Below are positions 24,437 to 34,543 of a stretch of DNA of 64,000 nucleotides, one piece after another. A program made the position numbers and the translations under genes. The stretch is taken from positions 84,750 to 148,749 of the forward strand of contig JAQULB010000002.1 in NCBI GenBank assembly GCA_028718785.1, given 5' to 3'. Every line of letters begins with the position of its first letter. Within the stretch, counting starts at the first letter, position 1. The DNA is from Minisyncoccota bacterium (GTDB lineage Bacteria > Patescibacteriota > Minisyncoccia > Minisyncoccales > CG1-02-41-26). The notes beneath the pieces were generated by a model that saw only the letters and a list, made by a program, of their open reading frames with translations, made no database searches and was not told the origin of the DNA.

Positions 24437-25612
24437 ATGGCAAACTCAAAAATGCAGATAGTAAAAGAAAAGCCCTATAAAATTCCGCTTTTTTATCCAT
24501 ATATTTCTCCCAATGCTGTTGGGGAAGCGGTGAAGGTTCTTTTAAGCAAATTTGTGGGCCAGGGTCCGCTTATCCCAGAATTTGAAATGGAGTTTGCCAA
24601 AAAATTTAAAGTTGATTATGCTGTGGCTTTAAACTCTTGCACTTCAGCTTTGCATTTAGCTTATATTTTAGCTGGCGTTAAGCAAGGAGATGAAGTAGTG
24701 GGGCCGTTGATGACATGTTCGGCCACATGGCATCCTGTTTTACAGCTTGGGGGAGTGCCGGTTTTTGTGGATATAAAAGATGATTTTACTTTAGATGTTG
24801 ATGACTTGGAAAAGAAAATTACCAAAAAAACAAAAGCTATTGTGGTGATGCATTATGGAGGGTGTTTGTGCGATATGGACAGGGTGATGGCAATAGCTAA
24901 AAAATATAAACTGATTGTTATTGAAGACACAGCTCAGGCCTTGGGAGCTTATTATAATGGCAAAACAATAAAAGGATATGCTGGAACCATTGGGGATTAT
25001 GGCTGTTTTTCTTTTCAGGCCATTAAATATTTAACCACTATTGACGGGGGAATGTTAACAATGAAAAATCAGGATAAGTTTGAAAAAGCTAAAAGAATAA
25101 GATGGTTTGGGATTGACAGAGATTTAAAAATTAAAAAGGGTTGGGCGCAGTTTAAGGACTGGGAAAAAAGAGAAATGACTTATGATGTGTGGGAGGTGGG
25201 GTATAAATACCATATGAATAATTTTAACGCAGCTATTGGGTTGGTTCATATAAAGGAAATAAACGACATCCTTGGCCACTGCAAGCAGTTAAACGACCTT
25301 TATCGCAAACTTCTTTCTAATGTGAATGGGGTTAAACTTTTACCTCAAAAAAGGGGAGACACCAGCTGGTTGATGACGGTTTTATTAGATAAGCGGGACA
25401 GGGTTGCCCAAAAATTAAAAGAAGCCGGGGTGGAAACAAACAGCGTGCATATTAGAAGCGATGTTTATACAATTTTTAAGCCGTTTGCTAAAAATCAAAA
25501 ATTTTCCAATATGGATAAAGTGGAGCTAAAATATTTATGTTTGCCCATCCATTATAAAATTACCACAGAAAATGTTGAAAAAATTTGCCAGATTATAAAA
25601 GAAAATGCCTAA
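24437..25612 (+). CDS. DegT/DnrJ/EryC1/StrS-family PLP-dependent sugar aminotransferase
   Basis: 391 aa. NSCTSALHLAY; EDTAQALGA; SFQAIKYLT (PLP lysine context). Confidence 0.85.
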   Translation: MANSKMQIVKEKPYKIPLFYPYISPNAVGEAVKVLLSKFVGQGPLIPEFEMEFAKKFKVDYAVALNSCTSALHLAYILAGVKQGDEVVGPLMTCSATWHPVLQLGGVPVFVDIKDDFTLDVDDLEKKITKKTKAIVVMHYGGCLCDMDRVMAIAKKYKLIVIEDTAQALGAYYNGKTIKGYAGTIGDYGCFSFQAIKYLTTIDGGMLTMKNQDKFEKAKRIRWFGIDRDLKIKKGWAQFKDWEKREMTYDVWEVGYKYHMNNFNAAIGLVHIKEINDILGHCKQLNDLYRKLLSNVNGVKLLPQKRGDTSWLMTVLLDKRDRVAQKLKEAGVETNSVHIRSDVYTIFKPFAKNQKFSNMDKVELKYLCLPIHYKITTENVEKICQIIKENA

Positions 25613-26411
25613 TGAAAAAATAACAATTTGCGTGGTGAGTTTCAACGATTATGGGTTTATTGAAAACACTTTATATTGTTTAAGAAAAATTACAAAAAAT
25701 CCCTATAAGGTTGTTATTTTAGATAATGGCTCAAGATTAAAAAATTATAAAAAGCTTGTTTCTTGCGTTAAAAAATATCCAGAAGCAACTTTATTTAGAA
25801 AAACAACAAATTTACGAGGTAGTGCGGCTCATGGAACAGCTATGAATGATTTGACAATGATGGTTGACACTCCGTATTTTGGTATTTTGGACGCTGATGC
25901 TGTTTGGCTTATTAAAAATTGGGATGAAATTTTGCTGGCGCGTTTTACAGAAAAATTAAAAGTTATAGGCACTCAAGATGTGGTGGGGGGAAATCGTTTT
26001 TTAGATTTTCCAACAACCTTTGCAATTTTGTTTGAAAGTGAAACTTTTAAAAAATTGAAAATTGATTTAAGAGCAAGAGATATTGCCAAAGGAGAAGACA
26101 CTGGCTATGAGATGAAGGGGAAATATTTAAGCGCTGGTTTTTTGGGAGAAATTATTGAAATGAAAAACACAAGGAATTACAAAGAAGGGCCTTTTGGGGA
26201 TTTAGTTGGCGTTGGGGAATATTATCTTTTTGGATATAATCATATTTTTGCTTCTCATTTTGGCCGGGGTTCAAGTTTGGGAGCGGCAAAATACACCAAG
26301 GGAAATTTTATTTTTAAACTGCCCGTGATTGGAAAGTTTTTTCGCCAAATAAAAGGCGCAAAAGAAAAAAAGAAGTGGATTGAAACATGCCACAACATTG
26401 TTAATAGTTAA
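25605..26411 (+). CDS. glycosyltransferase family 2-like protein
   Basis: ITICVVSFNDYGFIENTLYCL...VVILDNGS and a DxD-like GILDADAVW. Confidence 0.6.
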   Translation: MPNEKITICVVSFNDYGFIENTLYCLRKITKNPYKVVILDNGSRLKNYKKLVSCVKKYPEATLFRKTTNLRGSAAHGTAMNDLTMMVDTPYFGILDADAVWLIKNWDEILLARFTEKLKVIGTQDVVGGNRFLDFPTTFAILFESETFKKLKIDLRARDIAKGEDTGYEMKGKYLSAGFLGEIIEMKNTRNYKEGPFGDLVGVGEYYLFGYNHIFASHFGRGSSLGAAKYTKGNFIFKLPVIGKFFRQIKGAKEKKKWIETCHNIVNS

Positions 26412-26429
26412 TATTTTAAATTGTAAAAT

Positions 26430-27461
26430 ATGATAGAAATAAACGCGGATGAATTCAATAAGTTGAAAATCTGCCCAAACCCTGAATGTTGCTCATCGGG
26501 GATATTTTTTTTATTTTCTTGTCCGGACCGATTAACTAATTCACCGGGTGAGTTTTCAGTGTATAAATGCAAAAATTGCGGATTTGTTTTTCAAAATCCT
26601 AGAATTAATTTAGAATGCCAAGAAACTTATCATCCCAAAAAAATTTGGCACAGCATATCTAATATTGAAAGTTTGCTCAAAACAAATCAAAATAATTCTC
26701 TAAAAGATTTTTTTAAAAAGCAGGCCTTGATCAATCATTTCAATTATTCTTTTGCTAAGAAAAACATCTTTTACTTTTTTTTATCCTGGCCATTTAGGAG
26801 GATTTTAAAAACTTTTTGCTTTCCCAATTTCCAGCAAGGTGGAAAATTGCTGGAGATTGGCTGTTCAAACGGATATTTTTTAAAAGAAATGCAAAATCTT
26901 GGCTGGGAAACAAAAGGAGTTGAGCCAGATCAAGAAAGTTCTTTTGTAGCGAGCAATAGTTGTGGATTATGTGTTGAAAATAAAAAAATAGAGAATTGCA
27001 ATTTTAAAGAAAGTGAATTTGACGCAATTGTGGCCAGAATGGTTTTGGCCCATCTATACAATCCTTTTGAAACATTGCAAACAATCACCTCTTGGCTCAA
27101 GAAAGACGGACAACTAATATTTTCTATTCCTTATTTTTTTGGTGTGGAGTTTAAGTGGTTTAAAAATTTTTGTTATGGCTTGCAACTGCCAACAATGATT
27201 TCTTTTTTTTCAAAAAAGATGTTAAGGGATAATTTAAAAAAAATAGGTTATGACCAGATAAAGTTTTATCATCATTATTTTGATAGAGACATTGTGGCTT
27301 CAGCAAACTATAAATATCAGGCCACAGGCAAGCTGTTTTATAAACTATTGTCTGAAAATAAGTCGGTTCGTTTGTTGATAATTAGGCCATTATCGGTAAT
27401 ACTTGGTGTAATGGGTTTAACAAGCCGGGTGAGCGTTTACGCTACATTATTAAAAAAATAA
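26430..27461 (+). CDS. SAM-dependent methyltransferase with N-terminal zinc-ribbon
   Basis: CPNPEC...YKCKNCGF (4-Cys ribbon), then motif I LLEIGCSNGYFLKEM...GVEPD. Confidence 0.72.
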   Translation: MIEINADEFNKLKICPNPECCSSGIFFLFSCPDRLTNSPGEFSVYKCKNCGFVFQNPRINLECQETYHPKKIWHSISNIESLLKTNQNNSLKDFFKKQALINHFNYSFAKKNIFYFFLSWPFRRILKTFCFPNFQQGGKLLEIGCSNGYFLKEMQNLGWETKGVEPDQESSFVASNSCGLCVENKKIENCNFKESEFDAIVARMVLAHLYNPFETLQTITSWLKKDGQLIFSIPYFFGVEFKWFKNFCYGLQLPTMISFFSKKMLRDNLKKIGYDQIKFYHHYFDRDIVASANYKYQATGKLFYKLLSENKSVRLLIIRPLSVILGVMGLTSRVSVYATLLKK

Positions 27462-27471
27462 ATTTAAAATA

Positions 27472-28263
27472 ATGAATTATTCTTTGACCTTGCAAAATAA
27501 AATAATTTCTTATTATGAAAGATATTACAAAATATGCGGGCTTTTGGATTTTAAAGAAAGAGCAAAGAATCGCCTTAATGAAGAAGAAAGAGACGCTAAT
27601 CAATTAAGAGACCTAAAGAATATTTTTAATTTTGATTTTAATAATAAAAAACATTTAGTTGTGGGAGCAGGAACAGGGGGATTGGGGGTTGTTTTGAAAA
27701 GAGAATACAACGGAGAAGTTTTTGGCATTGAGCCCAATGAACAAGAACTTGAAATTATAAAAGAAAAGTGCAGTGAAATGGGGCTTGATTTTTCAAATTT
27801 TAAAAAAGAAGTTGCTGAAAATATTTCTTTTAGCGATAATTTTTTTGATTTTGTTTTTTGTATTACGGTTTTAGAGCATGTCCAAAATGTGGAACAATCT
27901 ATTAAAGAAATGGTCAGAGTTTTAAGGCCTGGCGGTTTTTTGTATATTAATACTCCCAATAGCTTGTTTCCAGTTGAAAAGCATTATAAAGTTATTTTTC
28001 CCACCTTTTTACCAAAAATTTTTGGGAAAATTTATTTGTTTTTTCGGGGAAAACCGACTGCGTTTATTGGCTCAATTAATTTTTTCACAGAGAGAAAGAT
28101 TAATAAAATTTTGTCAAAACAAGGCGATATAGTTTGGACAAGAATTTATCAATCAGGGTATATGAGCGATAAGAGCGGTTTAAAGGGATTTATGTTGAGG
28201 TTTATAATTAAAAAATTATTTATCTACCCTGACCAAGAAATTGTAATTAAAAAGAATAGTTAA
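27472..28263 (+). CDS. class I SAM-dependent methyltransferase
   Basis: HLVVGAGTGGLGVVL; FGIEPN; TVLEHV; LRPGGFLYINTPN. Confidence 0.75.
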   Translation: MNYSLTLQNKIISYYERYYKICGLLDFKERAKNRLNEEERDANQLRDLKNIFNFDFNNKKHLVVGAGTGGLGVVLKREYNGEVFGIEPNEQELEIIKEKCSEMGLDFSNFKKEVAENISFSDNFFDFVFCITVLEHVQNVEQSIKEMVRVLRPGGFLYINTPNSLFPVEKHYKVIFPTFLPKIFGKIYLFFRGKPTAFIGSINFFTERKINKILSKQGDIVWTRIYQSGYMSDKSGLKGFMLRFIIKKLFIYPDQEIVIKKNS

Positions 28264-28265
28264 AA

Positions 28266-29519
28266 ATGAAAATTGCGTTTTTAATTGAACGGAATACCTA
28301 TTTTCGGTTTTTGGGGGTAATTATTGATGAGGCGTTGAGAAGAGGCCATGAGGTTTTTTGTTTACATGATTATAGCCAGCCAAAAGTTGGCTCAAAAGGT
28401 TATCAATTTCCCGATATAGCCCAAACTCCCCATTTTAAGAACGGCAAGTTGGTTTCTTTATCTTATCAAAACCAAAGCGAGTTAAAAGAAAAAATTTTAC
28501 AAAAAGAAATTAAGGCAGTAGTCTCTTTGGAAGTTCCGGCTATTATTTTAAATTTACAAAAAGAGCTAAAAGAAAAAGGCGTTTATTGGGTTTGTTTGCA
28601 GAATAGTTTTGACATTGCTTTCTCTGGAATTAATATGGACAAGCCCGATAGGTTTTTTGCTTATACTTTAACTTGGACAGATTGGCTTTTTGAATATTTT
28701 AAAAAAACAGGCAAGGCCTCAAGGGAAAAAATTGATGAGCTAAAAAAGATTGTCGGCGCAAAGGTTAAATTTGTTGGTTTTTGGGGTTTTGGTCAAAGCA
28801 ATGCAATTGACAAAAATGAGATAAGAAGAAAGTGGGGGATACCTCAAAGCAAAAAAGTTTTTTTATTGGTGCCTTTTCCTTTCGATTCCAGCTTAAAGCA
28901 TTTTTGGGCAAGGTTTGTTTATGGCATGGATAATAAGTTTTTACAGCTTTTTTTAAATTTGTTTAATAAAACAAATAAAAATAGGTTTGTTTTGCAAATA
29001 AAAAATAGAGAAAACGATAGGCAGCTGGTTGGGTCAATAAGGGAGTTTTGTGATAAAAATAACGCTTTTTTACTTGTTAAATCAAGAGTAAAAGATCCTG
29101 TAAGAAAGTATTTAGCAAAAATGGCTGATAAAGTTTTATATGATGAAAGTTTTTATCCAACAACTATAATGGAGTGTTTAGCTGTTTCGGATATTTGTTT
29201 AAGTTTTTATTCAACCGTGGCAATGGAGTCAGCTTGTTCTGGGGTGCCTCATATTTGTGTGGCTCCCGCAAAAGAGGATTGGAGGGATTTGCAAAGTCCT
29301 TATTTTGAAACAATTTTTGAAAAAATGGGCGATTTTTTTAACTTTCCAGGTGTTTCTTGGAAGTTGTCTATTCCCCAAGCAATAAAAAAATTAGAAGGAG
29401 CAAGCTTTTTAGATTTCATTTTAAATGAAAACCAACTTGAGAAGTATCATCAAAAGTTTATTGGAGATTTGTCTGGGAATTATGCGGCCAATGTTGTTGA
29501 TGAAATTGAATCTCTTTAG
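28266..29519 (+). CDS. hypothetical protein, possibly GT-B-fold sugar-processing enzyme
   Basis: 417-aa ORF. The only weak cue is LAVSDICLSFYSTVAMESACSGVPHICV, which resembles the C-terminal half of GT-B enzymes (MurG/PseG-like). Function not supported further. Confidence 0.3.
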   Translation: MKIAFLIERNTYFRFLGVIIDEALRRGHEVFCLHDYSQPKVGSKGYQFPDIAQTPHFKNGKLVSLSYQNQSELKEKILQKEIKAVVSLEVPAIILNLQKELKEKGVYWVCLQNSFDIAFSGINMDKPDRFFAYTLTWTDWLFEYFKKTGKASREKIDELKKIVGAKVKFVGFWGFGQSNAIDKNEIRRKWGIPQSKKVFLLVPFPFDSSLKHFWARFVYGMDNKFLQLFLNLFNKTNKNRFVLQIKNRENDRQLVGSIREFCDKNNAFLLVKSRVKDPVRKYLAKMADKVLYDESFYPTTIMECLAVSDICLSFYSTVAMESACSGVPHICVAPAKEDWRDLQSPYFETIFEKMGDFFNFPGVSWKLSIPQAIKKLEGASFLDFILNENQLEKYHQKFIGDLSGNYAANVVDEIESL

Positions 29520-29542
29520 TAATTTTGTTAAAATCCATATAT

Positions 29543-30508
29543 ATGTCTAATCAATCATTACCATTAACAGATCGAATTGAGAAAAAAAATATTGACGAAG
29601 TATTTTTTAAAGAATTTGGCCAGGAGTATTTGGATTATCGGGAAAATTGGAAAAAATCTGGGAAAGATTATATTCCAGATTTTCCTGTTAATTTGGATAT
29701 TGAGTGCGCTGACGATTGTAACTATAGGTGCAATTTTTGCTATAGAAACGCTAACTCAAAAATTACCGAGGATATTAATACTGGGGTGAGGTTTAATATG
29801 GATTTATATGAAAAGATTTTAAAAGAGGGTCAAGAAAACAACTTAAAAGCTATAAATTTTGGTTTTTCAGGAGAGCCCTTAATAAATCCCAACTTGGCGG
29901 AAATGGTTAAAATGGCCAGAAAGTATGGCATTATTGATGTTAGGATAATTAGCAACGGGGGCTTGTTGACCCAAGAAAAAATTGAAAAGCTTTTAATAGC
30001 AGGAGTTACATTTTTTTCTCTTTCAATTGACGCTATTAACGAGGAAACATATTTTAAAGTTAAGGGTTCAAAACTTTTTTATAAAGTGATAGAAAATTTA
30101 AAATTTTTATATGAAACAAGAGAAAAAATGGGGAAGTCATTGCCCGTAATAAGGGCAAGCTTTTATTCAAATCCAGAAAATAAGGGCCAAGAGGAGCAGT
30201 TTATAAAAATGGTTTCACCCTTTACTGATTTTGTTGATATTCAGGCGTTTTCTGATATAAAAGATAAAAGCCGGAAATTAAAAAGAGTGTATGATTGCGA
30301 CATGCCATTTAGAAGAATGGGCATATTTGCCAACGGAAAGGTTTGTCCCTGTTGTTCTTTTTACAGCAAGCTTTTGATAGTGGGGGACGCAAACAAAAAC
30401 ACAATAAAAGAAATTTGGAATTCTCAAGCTGTTAAAGGGGTTAGGGACTCATTTATTAACCAAAAACCAAATGAAGTTTGTCTTAGGTGCTTGTCGGCTG
30501 TTTGTTAA
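29543..30508 (+). CDS. radical SAM protein with SPASM-like C-terminal Cys cluster
   Basis: CNYRCNFC (CX3CX2C) near the N-terminus; GFSGEPLINP; C-terminal CDMPF...GKVCPCC...CLRC. The ATG at 29543 is preferred to the TTG at 29525. Confidence 0.8.
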   Translation: MSNQSLPLTDRIEKKNIDEVFFKEFGQEYLDYRENWKKSGKDYIPDFPVNLDIECADDCNYRCNFCYRNANSKITEDINTGVRFNMDLYEKILKEGQENNLKAINFGFSGEPLINPNLAEMVKMARKYGIIDVRIISNGGLLTQEKIEKLLIAGVTFFSLSIDAINEETYFKVKGSKLFYKVIENLKFLYETREKMGKSLPVIRASFYSNPENKGQEEQFIKMVSPFTDFVDIQAFSDIKDKSRKLKRVYDCDMPFRRMGIFANGKVCPCCSFYSKLLIVGDANKNTIKEIWNSQAVKGVRDSFINQKPNEVCLRCLSAVC

Positions 30509-30521
30509 AAAAATAAAAATT

Positions 30522-31490
30522 ATGCTAAACAATAAAAAAATTTTATTAACTGGCGGAGTGGGTTCTTTTGGCTCAAAGTTTGTCGAAATAGTTTTAAAAA
30601 ATTACAACCCTGCTGTTTTAAGGGTTTTTGATAATAACGAATACAAGGAAGTGGAAATGGAAAGGAAATTTAAAGACGAAAGATTAAGGTTTTTTATTGG
30701 GGATATAAGAGATTTTGACCGCTTAAAAATGGCAATGAGGGGTGTTGATATTGTGGTTCACGCGGCCGCTTTAAAGCACATTACGGTTTGTGAATATAAC
30801 CCAATAGAGGCCATAAAAACAAATATTGATGGGGCTATTAATATTGTAAAAGCCGCTTTAAGTGAAGGGGTGGAAAGGGTTATTGCCTTGAGCACTGATA
30901 AAGCTGCCTACCCGGTAAATCTTTACGGGGCAAGTAAAATGGTAATGGAAAAAATATTTATTCAGGGGAATACTTATTCAGCTAAACAAAACATTCGTTT
31001 TTCTTGCACTCGGTATGGAAATGTAGTTGGTTCGTCTGGTTCGGTTGTTCCTTTATTTAAAGAGCAGGCCAAGACCGGAAAAATCACCATAACTGATGAA
31101 AATATGACAAGGTTTTGGATAACATTGGAGCAGGGAGTAGAGTTTGTTATTAAATCTATTGAAAGAATGGAGGGAGGGGAGATATTTGTTCCCAAGATTC
31201 CTTCAATGAAAATTATGGATTTAGCCAATCTTATAGCTCCAAAAGCAAAAAAAGAAATTATTGGAAAGCGACCAGGTGAAAAGTTGCATGAAGTTTTAAT
31301 TACCAAAGAAGAATCCACTCACGCAAAAGAACACGATAATTATTATACTATTGAGCCAGATTTTCCATTCTGGCCTTATAATGAAGATAGGGGCGGAAGG
31401 GAATTGTCAGAGGGGTTTTTTTATTCAAGCGATACGAATACCCAGTGGTTAAAAGAAGAAGACCTGGGGGAGATAATTACTAATTCCTAA
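30522..31490 (+). CDS. pseB: UDP-N-acetylglucosamine 4,6-dehydratase (inverting), PseB/FlaA1 type
   Basis: Collinear with my recollection of Campylobacter PseB: KKILLTGGVGSFGS, HAAALKHI..CEYNP.EAIKTNI.GA.N, LSTDKAAYPVNLYGASK, TRYGNVVGSSGSVVP, MTRFWITLEQGV, GGEIFVPKIPSMKI.DLA, GEKLHE. Confidence 0.9.
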   Translation: MLNNKKILLTGGVGSFGSKFVEIVLKNYNPAVLRVFDNNEYKEVEMERKFKDERLRFFIGDIRDFDRLKMAMRGVDIVVHAAALKHITVCEYNPIEAIKTNIDGAINIVKAALSEGVERVIALSTDKAAYPVNLYGASKMVMEKIFIQGNTYSAKQNIRFSCTRYGNVVGSSGSVVPLFKEQAKTGKITITDENMTRFWITLEQGVEFVIKSIERMEGGEIFVPKIPSMKIMDLANLIAPKAKKEIIGKRPGEKLHEVLITKEESTHAKEHDNYYTIEPDFPFWPYNEDRGGRELSEGFFYSSDTNTQWLKEEDLGEIITNS

Positions 31491-31537
31491 TTTCTAATAA
31501 CTAAAATGGGAACAGGGATTTTTATTCATTGAGGTCT

Positions 31538-31575
31538 GGTTATTGGGATTTATTTAGGTTAATTAGGTTAATTTA
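31538..31575 (+). repeat. third (partial) copy of the intergenic repeat family seen at 1536-1648 and 9090-9204
   Basis: ggttattgggatttatttaggttaattaggttaattt shares the 27-nt core ttattgggatttatttaggttaatta with the other two copies. Confidence 0.85.
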
Positions 31576-31582
31576 TTTTTTT

Positions 31583-32752
31583 ATGTTTGATAAAAAATTT
31601 ATAATTCCATATGGAAAACAATGGATTGACCAAAGCGATATTGAGGCGGTGGTTGAGGCGCTAAAAAGCGATTGGCTCACTTGCGGGCCCAAAGTGGATG
31701 AGTTTGAAAAATCTATTGCCAATTACTGCAATGTAAAGTATGCGGTGGCTTTTTCTTCTGGCACAGCGGCTTTGCATGGGGCATATAATGCTTTGGGCAT
31801 AAAACAGGGCGATGAAGTTATCACCACGCCCTTGACTTTTTCTGCCACTTCAAATGGAGTGGTTTACTGTGGGGGAAAACCAGTTTTTGTGGAGATAAAG
31901 CCAGAAACATTAAATATTGACCCAGAAAAAATTGAAGAAAAAATAAATTCAAAAACAAAAGCTATTGCCATTGTAGATTTTGCTGGTCAACCCTGTGATT
32001 TCAATGCCATTGAGGCAATTGCCAAAAAACACAATTTACCAATTGTGGAAGATGGGGCGCATGCTTTGGGTTCTGAGTATAATGGTTCGGAAGGCTCACC
32101 ACAAAAAGTTGGCTCTTTGGCTGATCTAACAATTTTAAGTTTTCATCCCGTGAAAACAATTTGTTCTGGGGAGGGGGGAATGGTTTTAACCAACAATCAA
32201 GATTTTTACGAGAAAATGAAAATTTTTAGGCATCATGGCATTGTAAAAAAACCAGAGGGCGGGCCTTGGTATTATGAAATAGAAGAATTGGGATATAATT
32301 ATCGCTTAACAGATATTCATTGCGCTTTGGGGATTTCCCAGTTAAAAAAATTAGATAAGTTTGTGGATAAACGACGCGAAATTGTGGCAAAATACCAAAT
32401 TGCTTTTAAAAACATACCAGAGATTATTTTGATAAAAGAGGAAAGTTTTGCTAAAAGCGCTTGGCATATTTATCCTGTTCAGTTTAATTTATTAAAATTA
32501 AAAATTAACAAAAAAGAAATTTTTGAAAAATTATCAGAAAAAGGAATAAAGTGCCAGGTGCATTATGTGCCTGTTCATTATATGCCTTTTTATCAAAAAA
32601 CATTTGGCTATAAAAAGGGGGATTTTCCAATTACCGAGCAGTATTATGAAAGAGCCATTACCTTGCCCTTATTTCCAAAATTAACTGATGAAGAACTTGA
32701 CTATGTAATTGAATCTGTAAAGGAAATTGTGAATTATGCAAAAAAGCAGTAA
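31583..32752 (+). CDS. pseC: UDP-4-amino-4,6-dideoxy-N-acetyl-beta-L-altrosamine transaminase, PseC type
   Basis: IPYGKQWIDQSDIEAV, SGTAALH, TPLTFSATSN, DGAHALGS, LSFHPVKTI..GEGG, HGIVKK, LGYNYRLTDIHCALGISQLKKLD. These match my recollection of PseC. The ATG at 31583 is preferred to the TTG at 31529. Confidence 0.9.
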   Translation: MFDKKFIIPYGKQWIDQSDIEAVVEALKSDWLTCGPKVDEFEKSIANYCNVKYAVAFSSGTAALHGAYNALGIKQGDEVITTPLTFSATSNGVVYCGGKPVFVEIKPETLNIDPEKIEEKINSKTKAIAIVDFAGQPCDFNAIEAIAKKHNLPIVEDGAHALGSEYNGSEGSPQKVGSLADLTILSFHPVKTICSGEGGMVLTNNQDFYEKMKIFRHHGIVKKPEGGPWYYEIEELGYNYRLTDIHCALGISQLKKLDKFVDKRREIVAKYQIAFKNIPEIILIKEESFAKSAWHIYPVQFNLLKLKINKKEIFEKLSEKGIKCQVHYVPVHYMPFYQKTFGYKKGDFPITEQYYERAITLPLFPKLTDEELDYVIESVKEIVNYAKKQ

Positions 32753-33743
32753 CAAGATTTTAGTGGTGGGAGTTGGATCAATTGGCCAAAGGCATTTAAA
32801 AAATTTAAAAACATTGGGTGTTGATAATTTAGGTATAGTTGAGCCAAACAGCAAAGGCCTAATTTCTGCTCAATTAGCAGAAGTTAAACCTTTGTTAATT
32901 TTCAGTGATTTAAAAACAGCGTTAAAAGAAAAATGGAATGCGGTTTTTGTTTGCTCTCCAAGCTCAACGCATTTAAAGATTGCTTTGGAAGTGGCAAAAA
33001 TAAAAACTCCGATGTTTATTGAAAAGCCATTAAGCCATAATTTGCAAAATTTATTGCAATTGCAAAAAGCAATTAAAAATATTAAGCCAGTAATGGTTGG
33101 CTATAATATTGATTTTCATCCTCAATTTAAAAAAGTTCAAAAAATTATCAAAAGAAAAATTTTAGGAAAGATTTTGGGAGTTAAAGCGGAATTTGGCTAT
33201 TATTTGCCTGATTGGCGAGAGAAAACAGATTACTCAAAAACATATTCTGCTAAAAGAGAGTTGGGCGGGGGAATTTTGCTTGACGATATTCACGAAATAA
33301 ATTCGGTTTATAATTTGTTTGGCCCTATAAAAAAAGTTTTTGGAGTAACAGCCAGAGTAAGCAATTTAAAAATTAACACTGAGGATTATGTGGAAGCAAT
33401 AGTGTGGTTTGAAAATGGAATGATTGGGCAAATTCATATGGATTATTTGCAAAGAAATTATTCTAGAAGTTTAAAAATTATTGGAGAAAAAGGTTCGTTA
33501 ATTTGGGATTTAAATGAATCAAAGATAAGTTTATATACAGCTTTTAGCAAAGAGTGGAAAGTAACTGATAAAATTGCCAAATTTGATTGGAACGAAACTT
33601 ATTTAGAGGAAGTAAAAGAGTTTTTGCAATGTTTACAAAAAAAGAAAAATCCAGAAAGCGATTTTCAAAGGGGTTTTGAAACTTTAAAAATCGCTCTTGC
33701 CATTAAGCAATCTTCTGTTTTAAATAAAACTGTAAATTTATAA
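32736..33743 (+). CDS. Gfo/Idh/MocA-family NAD(P)-dependent oxidoreductase
   Basis: ILVVGVGSIGQRHLKNL Rossmann start; VFVCSPSSTHLKIALEVAK...MFIEKPL (EKP motif). Confidence 0.8.
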   Translation: MQKSSNKILVVGVGSIGQRHLKNLKTLGVDNLGIVEPNSKGLISAQLAEVKPLLIFSDLKTALKEKWNAVFVCSPSSTHLKIALEVAKIKTPMFIEKPLSHNLQNLLQLQKAIKNIKPVMVGYNIDFHPQFKKVQKIIKRKILGKILGVKAEFGYYLPDWREKTDYSKTYSAKRELGGGILLDDIHEINSVYNLFGPIKKVFGVTARVSNLKINTEDYVEAIVWFENGMIGQIHMDYLQRNYSRSLKIIGEKGSLIWDLNESKISLYTAFSKEWKVTDKIAKFDWNETYLEEVKEFLQCLQKKKNPESDFQRGFETLKIALAIKQSSVLNKTVNL

Positions 33744-33787
33744 CAAATCTTAATTCCTGATTCTTAATTCACAATTCTTTTTTCACT

Positions 33788-34543
33788 ATGATAGGCGCCA
33801 TTATTCAAGCAAGGGTTGGGTCAAGCCGATTATCTAAAAAAGTTCTCAAGCCAATTTTGGGGAAAACAGCCATTGAAAGAGAAATAGAAAGAGTAAAAAA
33901 ATCGGTCTTATGCCAAAAAATTATTTTGGCAATTCCCCAAAGCAAAGAAAACAATGTTTTAGAAAAAATTGGCCAAAAAGCCGGGGTTTTGGTTTTTCGG
34001 GGAGCAGAGGAAGATGTTTTGAGCAGGTTTTATGAGGCAGCCAAAACTTTTGAATTAAAAGATATTATTCGTCTTACCGGGGATTGTCCTTTGTTTGATT
34101 GGCAGGTTTGCGATGAAGTGATTAGTTTCTATTTAGACAATAAATTTGATTATGTGAGCAATGTGAGGCCCCCAACCTTTCCTGACGGAATGGATGTTGA
34201 AATGTTTAGTTTTAAAGCATTGGAAGAATCGCATCAAAACGCTAAGTTAAAATCAGAAAGAGAGCATGTTAGTTTATATATTGCTAATCATCCAGAAATT
34301 TTTAAAATTGGAAACTTAATAAGAAATGGGAATGATTTGTCTGAGTTAAGGTTAACTTTAGACGAACAAAAGGATTTGGTTTCAATAAGAAAGATCTATG
34401 GAGCTTTATACAAAAAAAAGAGATATTTTACTTTGGCTGATATTTTGAAAGTTTTTCAAGAAAATCCTGAGTTTGTAAAAATAAATAAAAAAATTAAGCG
34501 CAACGAGGGCCTAATTAAATCATTGCGTGAGGATAATTTATGA
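33788..34543 (+). CDS. cytidylyltransferase, SpsF/CTP_transf_3-like (candidate CMP-nonulosonate synthetase)
   Basis: MIGAIIQARVGSSRLSKKVLKPILGK...FRGAEEDVLSRFYEAA...IIRLTGDCPLFD matches the SpsF-type acylneuraminate cytidylyltransferase pattern. Confidence 0.78.
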   Translation: MIGAIIQARVGSSRLSKKVLKPILGKTAIEREIERVKKSVLCQKIILAIPQSKENNVLEKIGQKAGVLVFRGAEEDVLSRFYEAAKTFELKDIIRLTGDCPLFDWQVCDEVISFYLDNKFDYVSNVRPPTFPDGMDVEMFSFKALEESHQNAKLKSEREHVSLYIANHPEIFKIGNLIRNGNDLSELRLTLDEQKDLVSIRKIYGALYKKKRYFTLADILKVFQENPEFVKINKKIKRNEGLIKSLREDNL